Positions 8,621-17,891 of a stretch of 64,000 nucleotides of DNA are shown here, piece after piece. Position numbers and translations under genes: made by a program. Position 1 is the stretch's first letter; each line of letters opens with the position of its first letter. The notes under the pieces are model-generated. The model was not told where the DNA came from, made no database searches, and saw only the letters and a list, made by a program, of their open reading frames with translations. This DNA comes from a virus. The stretch is taken from positions 1 through 64,000 of IMG/VR virus record IMGVR_UViG_3300020165_003419; one strand, 5' to 3'.

Positions 8621-8965
8621 TTAAACCTTGTAGTTTCGCCAACTAAACTTTTTTCTTTCCGTTAAGTAGTTTTCTTTATACATTTGGTCATAAGCTTCTT
8701 GCTCAAATCTAATTTGAAAATAAGCTTTTTGTCTGTCGCGATATTTTATTAATCCGACAAGCCAATCCCATACATACAATATATAAAAGAATACCACAAA
8801 AAGTTCTTTTTGTTGAAGAATATGTATAGTTTCATGCTGAAGAGTGTCTGCGGACATCTCGTCGCGAGATATTATAAACGGATACAAAGTTATTGCCCAC
8901 ACGTCTATAACCCAGGAAATAGCGCGTGTGAACCGGGGTGCCACTATGGTAACTGGAATTTTCAT
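8621..8965 (-). CDS. Small HExxH-motif protein (putative zinc metallopeptidase-like, membrane associated)
   Basis: LQHETIHILQQ followed by a hydrophobic helix and RFEQEAY. Confidence 0.6.
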   Translation of the reverse strand: MKIPVTIVAPRFTRAISWVIDVWAITLYPFIISRDEMSADTLQHETIHILQQKELFVVFFYILYVWDWLVGLIKYRDRQKAYFQIRFEQEAYDQMYKENYLTERKKFSWRNYKV

Positions 8966-10257
8966 ATATCTAATTTTAGTTTGAATGCAATTTCTTGATC
9001 GTCTTGTTTTAACACAGGGGATCCTAAAGTCGCGACACCAATAAGGTTTTTGTTCTTGTCATAAATTCCAACTTTGGAAATATAAACTTGTCTTTTGAAC
9101 GGTGCGTTATACTCTGTGTAACTGGAACTGACGAAGTTTACAAGTTTTAAGTCCGAGCTTTCTTCATAAACCGACGAGCCAGTGGAAAATATTTTAGTTT
9201 GTCCAAACTGCAAAAACGAGGGGTTATTAGAATAGTTTACTTCTCCCTTCTTCGCCTTGGCAAACATTGTCAATACTTGAGTCTCGGTAACTCCCTTGAA
9301 AGAAAGTTTGTATGAACCGTTTCCAAACGAAGCGGCGGATGCTGCCCGAGTGTTTCCGTCATTTGCGCCGGCGCCAAAATAAATCCATTTCGGTTTCTTA
9401 AGTCCTATCGGAGCGGTTCCCACTCTCATGGTTTCTTCGTTGAGATCCCACGAGCCTGTCAGTAATATAATACCTTCTTCATACAAAACAACACCGGCCA
9501 CTTTGTTATCGTATGTGCTGTGAACCGATGAGGAGAACTGCCGCAATTCTCCATTTTGCTTTGTGTCTGCCACAACTGATACCAGTGAGCCGGTGTAGTA
9601 CCACTCTAACCTCACGCTTCCAGGCTTAATCTTTGTACCATAAAATATTGATGGTATATGGATCATATTTAGCTCTTGAGAGTCTTTGTTCCAATTTCCA
9701 CTTGATAAAACAGCATAGTGTTCGCTTCGTATACGATGATGGTTTAAGGTATTTCTAATTGCCATGTAGTTTGTGTTGTATTCACCGATGCCGTGTGGGG
9801 TGACGGCGCCGGCTGCTAATGAAGAAGACGGAGTTGCAACATATTCTCTCGTAATTGATGCAGAGAGGGGGTACTTTGATCTTAATATATCTCCATATCT
9901 AAACTCGTTATTATAACTAAGAGCCCCAACTGTTTTAAAGCTTGCGCCGGCAGAATCTTTTGATATCCATGGGTAGATTCTGCCATTATTGGGGACTCTA
10001 GTATCTACTTCGCCTTCTTCGGGCTCCGCTTCAGGTCCGATATATCGACCAGTAGCTACCTCTGGTCTGTCAATATTGAGTTCGTATAAACTTATGAAAC
10101 CATTTGCGACATTTCTAACTCTAGTGTTTCTTGTGCCGATTTGGTCAGGTCTTTGGTTATAATAAACATTACTATCATAAATAAGAAAATCACTATGAGG
10201 ATAAGCCCTCATAGTGTTTCTTAGAATATCATTCTTGTCGAACTTTTTGAACGACAT
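8962..10257 (-). CDS. Virion tail/baseplate structural protein
   Basis: C-terminal YISKVGIYDKNKNLIGVATLGSPVLK...FKLKLDI motif shared with the neighbouring gene; lies in the structural module. Confidence 0.6.
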   Translation of the reverse strand: MSFKKFDKNDILRNTMRAYPHSDFLIYDSNVYYNQRPDQIGTRNTRVRNVANGFISLYELNIDRPEVATGRYIGPEAEPEEGEVDTRVPNNGRIYPWISKDSAGASFKTVGALSYNNEFRYGDILRSKYPLSASITREYVATPSSSLAAGAVTPHGIGEYNTNYMAIRNTLNHHRIRSEHYAVLSSGNWNKDSQELNMIHIPSIFYGTKIKPGSVRLEWYYTGSLVSVVADTKQNGELRQFSSSVHSTYDNKVAGVVLYEEGIILLTGSWDLNEETMRVGTAPIGLKKPKWIYFGAGANDGNTRAASAASFGNGSYKLSFKGVTETQVLTMFAKAKKGEVNYSNNPSFLQFGQTKIFSTGSSVYEESSDLKLVNFVSSSYTEYNAPFKRQVYISKVGIYDKNKNLIGVATLGSPVLKQDDQEIAFKLKLDI

Positions 10258-10258
10258 A

Positions 10259-11314
10259 TTAGTAATCCAATCGGACGCGCAGTGTAATATCGTTTGTAGG
10301 ATCTTTCTTAAGTGGTTCGGACAGCTTTGCGACTGCTACTAATTGATTAGCGTCGTTGTACAGACCGACCGTAGTAATGTAAGAAACTGGATTGTCAGTG
10401 GATTGGTTTTTGACTACTATCTTGCTAGCACTCACATAAGTTGGGTTAGCACTATAGTTAAATTTATTGTGTGGAACTCTGCAGAAGAAAATTCTTGAAT
10501 TAATCTGCGTAGTATTATTGAATGACAGGTTTTTGACTCTGCGCCTAAATGCATCGCAAGATGAACTAATAGTTGAACCAGTAAGTGACTGGTCAATATC
10601 TCTGGTTGGGAGAGCAGCTTCTTTGTTGAATTCACCCTGCTGATTGCTAAACACTGACGCAGTTATGACTGCAACACCTGCTTGGTAGAATATCGCGCCA
10701 AGACCATTCGGGTATCCAGGTCCCCCATATAATACGCCATAATCGCCACCATCGGTGTTTAGGGTACCTTCTCCATTAACAGAGGCGCTGCGATCAGAAA
10801 GCGTAAGCTGCTTTGCAAATGATGTGGCATATGAACCGGTACCAAGGACTAATGAGAATGTTCCTTTTTTAATCTGGTCTTTTGTGAGTAGTCTCGAAAA
10901 GCTTAAGAAGAAACATTCCTTCATGTATCCCAATCCGTCAAGCGTTAGGTCACGTTCGAATTTTCTAATACCATCACCAGTGGACGAGGTATACCCTAAA
11001 AGCACTTGTGCAAACTGATTGTACATATTTATTTTTTTAGTGTTCTGAACGCTAGTGGAACCCGAAAGAGGGGACTTTTCGTCGTATCCCAATGTAATGT
11101 CAAATATGTGGTTAGCAGAAGAACTTAAGAAAGGATAATCATATACACTCTGAAACTGTCCATGTGTGTAATTTTTAATATTTCTTTCGCTTCTGTATAC
11201 TCCATATGTACCACTTACAATTGTACCCGTTAAAGGTATTGCTTCGTGTAACATTGTTGTGGTATTAGTAACATCGTTTGTTGAATCGATTGATTCGTAA
11301 TTTCTGACTGCCAT
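10259..11314 (-). CDS. Virion tail/baseplate structural protein, paralogue of 8962-10257
   Basis: IKKGTFSL...GAIFYQAG...NYSANPTY...YITTVGLYNDANQLVAVAKLSEPLKKD...RVRLDY. Confidence 0.6.
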   Translation of the reverse strand: MAVRNYESIDSTNDVTNTTTMLHEAIPLTGTIVSGTYGVYRSERNIKNYTHGQFQSVYDYPFLSSSANHIFDITLGYDEKSPLSGSTSVQNTKKINMYNQFAQVLLGYTSSTGDGIRKFERDLTLDGLGYMKECFFLSFSRLLTKDQIKKGTFSLVLGTGSYATSFAKQLTLSDRSASVNGEGTLNTDGGDYGVLYGGPGYPNGLGAIFYQAGVAVITASVFSNQQGEFNKEAALPTRDIDQSLTGSTISSSCDAFRRRVKNLSFNNTTQINSRIFFCRVPHNKFNYSANPTYVSASKIVVKNQSTDNPVSYITTVGLYNDANQLVAVAKLSEPLKKDPTNDITLRVRLDY

Positions 11315-11329
11315 TATATAACTCCTAAA

Positions 11330-12382
11330 TTATGATGCGCGCCGAATGAGTCTAACCGGTATTGAAATCTGAGCACCGGAAGTGTTGGCTTGCAAATACA
11401 CTGTAGTATCGATATAATCGTACGTGTTGCCATCGCTCCCTGCAGACCCAAAAGCCGCTTGAGCTGTCTGGCTTGTTTTACCGTATTCGGTATATTTTCT
11501 ATCTCTAACTCCAGCTTTAGAATGATCTAAGCCGGCTTGAACTGCAACGTTTAACATTACGATTGAATTCGAGGGTCCGGAGATCACACTATATGTGCTA
11601 GCTGTACTCGATGCATTATTCGGTTCGTATATATTAGAAGAAACTCCTCTTATCTGGTAATCGGTATAGTTGGTTCTGTTTCTAGAACCAAGAGACCTTC
11701 CAATGCTGGCTAAGTCTCTTGTCGCGGGATACGATGTTAATTTGTTATCGCTGAGATCGTTCACGTAGCTGTCGGCTTGCCGTCCAAGGGACATCACGCC
11801 GCCGATAAACAGGTTGTTAACCGAGACTAAATAGCTCATGTCTTTTATACCTGTGTTGTTGATATATTGTATTTTTGTTTGTTGATTTTTAGCAATTTCG
11901 GATGAATTGATTCCTAATTCATAGGCTATTGACCTGTGTGCAGTAGAGCCGGCTTGAATAATTTTTTCTGGATTTGCCGAGAAAAGTTGAGCAGATTTTT
12001 GCATCGCATCAACAGTTTCTGTATTAACAGCAACGTAGTACAGCTTCTGGTGTGTGGTAGCGAAGCCGGCTGAATTATCTTTTGTGTTTTGAACAAACGA
12101 TGGCATATACAAAATATTTGGATTAGCAAACGTAAGAAGCCCGTAATTAATATTTGCATTAATTTGCGTGGTTGCTTCAAAAACGGGTGTCTGCAATACT
12201 TCTAGATCATAGTAAGCTGAGCCACTGGGGTGTCCTTTATCGTATGATCCGTAATTAATCTCGTCATCGCCGAGCGCAAATTTACTAATAGTAATCCCGC
12301 GGCCGTTTGACATTAACCTTCTACCGACGTCGGTTAAAACAGCGTCGAGAATAATATCTCCTGAGTTATCTAAAAAAGCCAT
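11330..12382 (-). CDS. Virion structural protein (MAFLDNSGDIILDAVLT family)
   Basis: N-terminus IILDAVLTDVGRR...ISKFALGDDEINY and C-terminus YDYIDTT are shared with 12442-13419. Confidence 0.6.
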   Translation of the reverse strand: MAFLDNSGDIILDAVLTDVGRRLMSNGRGITISKFALGDDEINYGSYDKGHPSGSAYYDLEVLQTPVFEATTQINANINYGLLTFANPNILYMPSFVQNTKDNSAGFATTHQKLYYVAVNTETVDAMQKSAQLFSANPEKIIQAGSTAHRSIAYELGINSSEIAKNQQTKIQYINNTGIKDMSYLVSVNNLFIGGVMSLGRQADSYVNDLSDNKLTSYPATRDLASIGRSLGSRNRTNYTDYQIRGVSSNIYEPNNASSTASTYSVISGPSNSIVMLNVAVQAGLDHSKAGVRDRKYTEYGKTSQTAQAAFGSAGSDGNTYDYIDTTVYLQANTSGAQISIPVRLIRRAS

Positions 12383-12400
12383 TTATTTGTTTCTCCTGAT

Positions 12401-12410
12401 ATAAATAGTT
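12401..12410 (-). promoter_or_regulatory. Candidate late promoter element (AACTATTTAT, TAnTTA core)
   Basis: Lies in a short intergenic gap about 20 nt upstream of the ATG; similar elements at 17865, 37837, 38217, 7762 and 6162. Confidence 0.4.
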
Positions 12411-12441
12411 AATATTTTATTTCTATTCCAATTATTGATTT

Positions 12442-13419
12442 TTATGTTCCAGAAAAGCGTATAATTCTAATTCTAGCTTGATGGGTACGAACAGTAGATG
12501 TTCCTTCGATCATAATGTTGGTATCAACATAATCATATAAATTTCCATCTGAGAATACATTCTGTGCTGTTTCGCCAAACTTGGTATATCTAACATCTGC
12601 ACTACCATTTGATTTGGATCTCATTTTCTGGTTCACTATAAAATTTAGCGGTAGAAAACAACTACGAGGTCCATTGAAAGCAGATATACTGATTCCGTCC
12701 TCGCGATCATAGATGTTGTTCATAACTGATGTGCAATAATACGTATCGTAATTAGCTACTGGGGCGGCTAAAGAGATACTTTTAACTTGTGATAAAGCTT
12801 GGAAATCAGACTTTTCGTTTCCGGCTGCGTCTACGCTAACCGCAGTAGCTGTTGGTGGTGTTGACAATAAGCCTTCAAAAAATCTCGAATCTAGATAAAC
12901 AAAGTAATATCTATCGTGTAAGTCTAAATTGTGAATAAATCGCTCTTGAGTTTCTTTGGTTCCAGGGATAGTGTGATACTCTATGCCGGACTCAAAAAGT
13001 AAAACATTTTTAATTACCGCGTTATTTTCAAGAAGATATACTTGATTATCAAAGGCAGTCGCAATTTTTTTTGTAGTTTCATCATTTACGGAAAGATAGA
13101 TAATATTATTATATTCGCTGACTGCATTTTTTAAAGCTACATTTAGTTTGTGGTATGGCAGCAATAAGATATCGGCTCTATTATAATCCACCAGCCCGTG
13201 AATAATTGCTGAAGTATCTACTGCAAGTGCTTCTAACGTTGGGGGGGCATTATCTAACAAAAACTCTCCAGAATTTCTGTTTCCTAAAGAATAATCAACT
13301 TCATCATCGCCTAAAGAAAATTTAGTAATTCTTAACTTACCTTGTGAAGCTTGCCTTCTGCCAACGTCTGTCAATGTTGCGTCCAGAATAATACTACCTG
13401 CTTTGTTTTGAAATCCCAC
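12442..13419 (-). CDS. Virion structural protein, paralogue of 11330-12382
   Basis: IILDATLTDVGRR...ITKFSLGDDEVDY...LYDYVDTN. Confidence 0.6.
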   Translation of the reverse strand: MGFQNKAGSIILDATLTDVGRRQASQGKLRITKFSLGDDEVDYSLGNRNSGEFLLDNAPPTLEALAVDTSAIIHGLVDYNRADILLLPYHKLNVALKNAVSEYNNIIYLSVNDETTKKIATAFDNQVYLLENNAVIKNVLLFESGIEYHTIPGTKETQERFIHNLDLHDRYYFVYLDSRFFEGLLSTPPTATAVSVDAAGNEKSDFQALSQVKSISLAAPVANYDTYYCTSVMNNIYDREDGISISAFNGPRSCFLPLNFIVNQKMRSKSNGSADVRYTKFGETAQNVFSDGNLYDYVDTNIMIEGTSTVRTHQARIRIIRFSGT

Positions 13420-13422
13420 TTT

Positions 13423-16323
13423 TTATGCATCCTCTAACAGCTTATAATTTACGTTTAAATCTATTTTTTTGCCTGTCTTTTTAGAAGTTAATCTAATTTT
13501 GTATTTCTTGTTCCAAAGGTTGTCACTAAGAGTGTTGCCTATTTCCGCAGTTGTATATTGATCTTCAGAGTTTTCATTAAAATCTAGATCTGCTAAGTTA
13601 AAATCTATCTGGGGAATCGCTGGTCGTAACATAAGCAACTTTTTAAATTGAGTAGATGGGCTATCATATTCAACCCCTGTGGCTAATTCACTTTCTATTA
13701 TAGTATTGAAATTAGAATATTTGTAGCCTCCATCATCAATTAGTTCAGCTTCGATAATATTGCTCCAAGGTGAAGGCACATTGTTTTCATTTAAAAACCT
13801 GAAAGCATAGTAAAATTTGTGGCCGGTGGCTACTCTTTCTTCATAAAAACATGTAGGTGTGATATATGTCCTGCTGTTCTCATTATTTTTATCGCTAATT
13901 ATTAGACTCTTGGTTGCTGCTAAATTTCCATCAAAATCTGATATAGCCGTAGGTTTAGCACTTAAGCGGTATATTTCCACGATTGCTGGTCTCGATACCG
14001 TTCCAAATTTAAGATTATCTGTACTTAGCATATTCTGAGAAGTTAAGTATTTGGCATAATTCATCTCTTCAGTAATATTTTTTGGAGTAGGATATGATTC
14101 AGAGCGAGTGAGTGTTTCTTTCACTGGGGGGCTTTCTAATTTAATAAAAAAACCTATTCTTTGGCTTTGGTCTTTAACTTGATATGGCTGGACATCTATT
14201 TTAGGAGGCGGATTATCTAAAACTGTCAACTGCTTTGGCGCAAAGGAGTACTCAAATATTTTGATTGTTGGTTCAATGCTGATGTTGAAGTCAGCGTAGT
14301 TTATATGTGAGCCGGCTACTAATTCTTGAGCAGCTGTAGCGTATCCCACATTTTCCGCCTCATTGAGTAAATTTATTCTCATTGGTTCTAAAAGACGACT
14401 ATCTGAAGTTCTCATTGGTGATGGTTTAGTTTGACCAGTGCTTGGATCATAGAATTCAATGCACGTGAACTCTGTGTAGGGTCCAGAGTCTGCTCTGATG
14501 TTACTTTCATCATATTGTCCATATTCACTGATTCTCCTACTCAGTGTCAAGTCGGAATATTTGTATTGGTACCCAACAACCATAAAATACGCATGTGTGG
14601 TGTATTCGTAGGTCTCTCCGTACTTTACCTGCGTGTCATAATAACTCCACTGCTCTCTGTCAACATCGTCGGCACTGAAATATCCATCAGAATTTGCAAT
14701 ACTTGGTTGGTTTTGTATTATAATATTGGACTCTCTACCAGAGACAACGTTTCTTTTATTAATCCTAAGTGCTACACACTCTGCTCTATTGTTAAGGTCG
14801 CCATCCGCCATAGACAAAAAATCATTAATCTTAAAATTATCTAAATTCGACCATGGCATATAGCTATCTGGTGTAATCTCTGATGGCAAGGTGCCTACGG
14901 GGTCTACGGATAGCAAACCTTTCTGTATTCCGTCGAGCATGTGGGTTGCGGTTTTTTTATTAATATGTGCCATAACAGTGTTATTATCGAGGATAGCGCG
15001 CTTGGCATAATTGGCTTCTCCAATAAAACGACAATCAGTAGCAACAGTAGCCACAGCCGGATTATTAGTTATGCCGGCTAACACTCTTTTAAAATCAACA
15101 TATTTTAAAGAAATATTATCTGTGGTATGTGCTTCATATAAATTTCCGTCACCGTTAAGTGAGTTAAATTCTGCTGCTTGCACAAAACCGTTCTCTGCCG
15201 TTTCGTACACTCCGGCTACGAATATGTCATTTATTGATTTTAATAAAAGATCATCAAATTCTTGTGTAACAATTAGTGAATTCAGAGGTCCTCCATCGAA
15301 TGTTGGCAAGCCAATCTTATTATAGAATGGGTAAAAAGCGGAGTTGTCTCCGTCACCATAAGTGTGCGCTAACCCAAATAAATCTGAGACTGCTTTTTTA
15401 TTAAATAATGCGTTGTTGACTCCACCTATCGCTCCAAAAGCGCCACTAAGAGCAAGACTATAATAGTATTCTCGTATGGGCTGATATGAGTCAACATATT
15501 TTCTAGTGTCCGTAGGAGTTGTTTCAGGCGTTTCGTTTGCTGTTTTTATTAATGCAGGAACCTCTTGTTCCAATGATGCAAAAACTGAGTCCACATCATG
15601 ATTATACAATTCGCTTAGAGTAATTCGTTCTTTAACATCAGCAAAAACTTCATACTGACTGTACACAGAACAATATAATAAATCGTAAATATTTAACAAA
15701 GTTGCTTCTTCGTTTGCTGCGATTTGAGATTGATATTGCGGTAAGTACATGTTATAAACAGATTTTGACTCTATTGTTTCATAGGAACTTTGATTTTCTT
15801 CATCAATTGCTTTTACTGATAATAACTCGTATGGAGCGCTAAATGATAGGTTATTAACATTGTAAGTACCGACCTGATATACACCTGGATATTCTACTTC
15901 GTTAAAAGTGCCACCCATAATATATTTTTTCCATTTTTCATCGGAATTTAAAATAATTGCGTCGTCGGTCAAGGCATGGGCTTCTCCGGGTGCCGGGCTC
16001 GGACCGACGCCGATTATAGACATTGGTATAGTGTAGTATGGAAACATTGACTCTGGCGAAATGGTTGTGGCTAATTCAGTATTCGCCACTACCGCACTAA
16101 TCATAGCTGTTTGTATAGTGTCTATGACAGGTTCTGCGTCAAAACCAAAGTCTTCTGATGGCGTGCCCGCTTCGTCGGGTGGCGTGTAGTCTAACGTACG
16201 TTGAAGACCGGTTGTATCAAACGTAGAATTTTTAATTTGGTAATATCCCCCAAGAGATAATCTCAATCTATCACTTGAGCCAGTGATTAAGTTGGAATCA
16301 CGGAGTTGAACGCTTATTTTCAT
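13423..16323 (-). CDS. Large hypothetical virion protein
   Basis: 966 aa, acidic, Ig/FN3-like YYDTQVKYGETYEY segment; lies in the structural module. Confidence 0.55.
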   Translation of the reverse strand: MKISVQLRDSNLITGSSDRLRLSLGGYYQIKNSTFDTTGLQRTLDYTPPDEAGTPSEDFGFDAEPVIDTIQTAMISAVVANTELATTISPESMFPYYTIPMSIIGVGPSPAPGEAHALTDDAIILNSDEKWKKYIMGGTFNEVEYPGVYQVGTYNVNNLSFSAPYELLSVKAIDEENQSSYETIESKSVYNMYLPQYQSQIAANEEATLLNIYDLLYCSVYSQYEVFADVKERITLSELYNHDVDSVFASLEQEVPALIKTANETPETTPTDTRKYVDSYQPIREYYYSLALSGAFGAIGGVNNALFNKKAVSDLFGLAHTYGDGDNSAFYPFYNKIGLPTFDGGPLNSLIVTQEFDDLLLKSINDIFVAGVYETAENGFVQAAEFNSLNGDGNLYEAHTTDNISLKYVDFKRVLAGITNNPAVATVATDCRFIGEANYAKRAILDNNTVMAHINKKTATHMLDGIQKGLLSVDPVGTLPSEITPDSYMPWSNLDNFKINDFLSMADGDLNNRAECVALRINKRNVVSGRESNIIIQNQPSIANSDGYFSADDVDREQWSYYDTQVKYGETYEYTTHAYFMVVGYQYKYSDLTLSRRISEYGQYDESNIRADSGPYTEFTCIEFYDPSTGQTKPSPMRTSDSRLLEPMRINLLNEAENVGYATAAQELVAGSHINYADFNISIEPTIKIFEYSFAPKQLTVLDNPPPKIDVQPYQVKDQSQRIGFFIKLESPPVKETLTRSESYPTPKNITEEMNYAKYLTSQNMLSTDNLKFGTVSRPAIVEIYRLSAKPTAISDFDGNLAATKSLIISDKNNENSRTYITPTCFYEERVATGHKFYYAFRFLNENNVPSPWSNIIEAELIDDGGYKYSNFNTIIESELATGVEYDSPSTQFKKLLMLRPAIPQIDFNLADLDFNENSEDQYTTAEIGNTLSDNLWNKKYKIRLTSKKTGKKIDLNVNYKLLEDA

Positions 16324-17300
16324 GATCCATATACCGCGGTGAAGTCAGGAGACATTTCAAAACCAGACGGATCGGGTGCTTCAGTGTATTCGTCAATCAA
16401 CACTGCCTCTGCACCATCAGATAAGTTAGTGTTAACTGATGCCGAAAATGCAGATTCAATATTTGGGATTTCTCTTAAATTACTTTGTCTTATCTGCTTA
16501 GTTCCGTTGACCGCGAAAATGTTTTTTGTCAACATTGATGAATTATAGATTTGTAACGCATATTTGTCTATTTGCGCGGTCATAAATTCTGCAGTAGATG
16601 CTCCACCAATTGTTTCAAACTGGTCATTAATAAATGCTGCTTCTGCTGAAGAAATCGAGGTTATTACTGCATGAGTGCGGTCTTCGCCAAACACCTCTTC
16701 TTCAGTGTATTCATAGTAATCGTGTGTTATTAGCGGATTATCCGTGTAAGTCTGTTCTTGTGTATGTGAGTCAAATCCATCGGAGTCCCCTACTGGCGAA
16801 CTATGTGGATATATAAACCTGTCTGTTTCACTAACTATACCAACTGATGAAGGTTGTACATACAGTTCTTCAACATTTTGAGATACCTCGACAGACGGCG
16901 TTACTTCTCTGGTAACCCACTCATAGACGTCAGTGGAGGTGGTCTCTTCGAAGTCGCCAAAGCCTATTATAGTGTGATTAATTACACCGGTTTTGGTGTA
17001 AACTTTTTGTCTGCTGTACGTAGTAGTTTGGTTTGCATAAACATACACGTGGTCAGACCACCTAAAATTGTCTTGATAACCGTACTGCATATAAGAAACT
17101 TGATCAATAATTGATCCAGAATAATATAAATATGTTTTATTATATGTCATGCTGGAGGCGGACTCAACATCACCTTCTCTGAGTTCGCTAGTGGGGGGGT
17201 CCACCGACTCGGCACTCGTATCACCGTCTACGCTGTAGAGTGACCGAGTCTTCCATTTGATACCGCCTTGCGCAGTACTGCTTATTTGAGGGTCAGACAT
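16320..17300 (-). CDS. Hypothetical protein (structural module)
   Basis: 326-aa acidic ORF translationally coupled on both sides. Confidence 0.5.
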   Translation of the reverse strand: MSDPQISSTAQGGIKWKTRSLYSVDGDTSAESVDPPTSELREGDVESASSMTYNKTYLYYSGSIIDQVSYMQYGYQDNFRWSDHVYVYANQTTTYSRQKVYTKTGVINHTIIGFGDFEETTSTDVYEWVTREVTPSVEVSQNVEELYVQPSSVGIVSETDRFIYPHSSPVGDSDGFDSHTQEQTYTDNPLITHDYYEYTEEEVFGEDRTHAVITSISSAEAAFINDQFETIGGASTAEFMTAQIDKYALQIYNSSMLTKNIFAVNGTKQIRQSNLREIPNIESAFSASVNTNLSDGAEAVLIDEYTEAPDPSGFEMSPDFTAVYGS

Positions 17301-17846
17301 TTATTTGTTCTCCACAAGTTGTTTTAATCTATATGCATCCGGCGTAGCTAGATTTACCATACCTATTCTTGTGATAAGTTCTACGATGGACCTATTGTCA
17401 TTATCTTTAGAAGACCGCTTAGCTTTTTCATTTCTGTCTTTAACATAATCTGGTGGGCTTTTATCCATCTCGTAGTATGGATCATTTTGGTTTGGAAAAG
17501 TGTCGTTGGTATAGTTTTTTCTTTGCGCTTCATTATTTTTGTCTGCTTCGTTTTGAGGTTTTTTATTAGTTTCTTTAAATGTCATACTGTTTTCCTCAGA
17601 ATCTATAGTCTCAACTGTGATAGCCATAGCAGACAAGCATAGACCTGCAACATCCACATAAGAAGCACCCTCTCCTGTGTCTTGAGGCATATATCCATTT
17701 TTTGATAATATTGAAACTAATTTGTTCATCGCTAACCCTGCACTATCTGGTCGGGTTGGGATGCCATTTATAATTCTTTTTCTTGGCACAGGGCTATTAG
17801 CCATGGCTTGCGCGTTAAATTTCGATGCTTTTATTGAAGATGCCAT
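17301..17846 (-). CDS. Hypothetical protein
   Basis: 181-aa ORF with an AAGGA RBS. Confidence 0.5.
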   Translation of the reverse strand: MASSIKASKFNAQAMANSPVPRKRIINGIPTRPDSAGLAMNKLVSILSKNGYMPQDTGEGASYVDVAGLCLSAMAITVETIDSEENSMTFKETNKKPQNEADKNNEAQRKNYTNDTFPNQNDPYYEMDKSPPDYVKDRNEKAKRSSKDNDNRSIVELITRIGMVNLATPDAYRLKQLVENK

Positions 17847-17891
17847 TTTAATTTCCTTCTTTACTAAATATATGCTATTAGTAATTTATTG

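Noticed and set aside
12400-12407. Perfect T4 late promoter TATAAATA on the plus strand
   Set aside because: It points away from the adjacent genes, which are all on the minus strand. I interpret it as the reverse complement of the TATTTA element.
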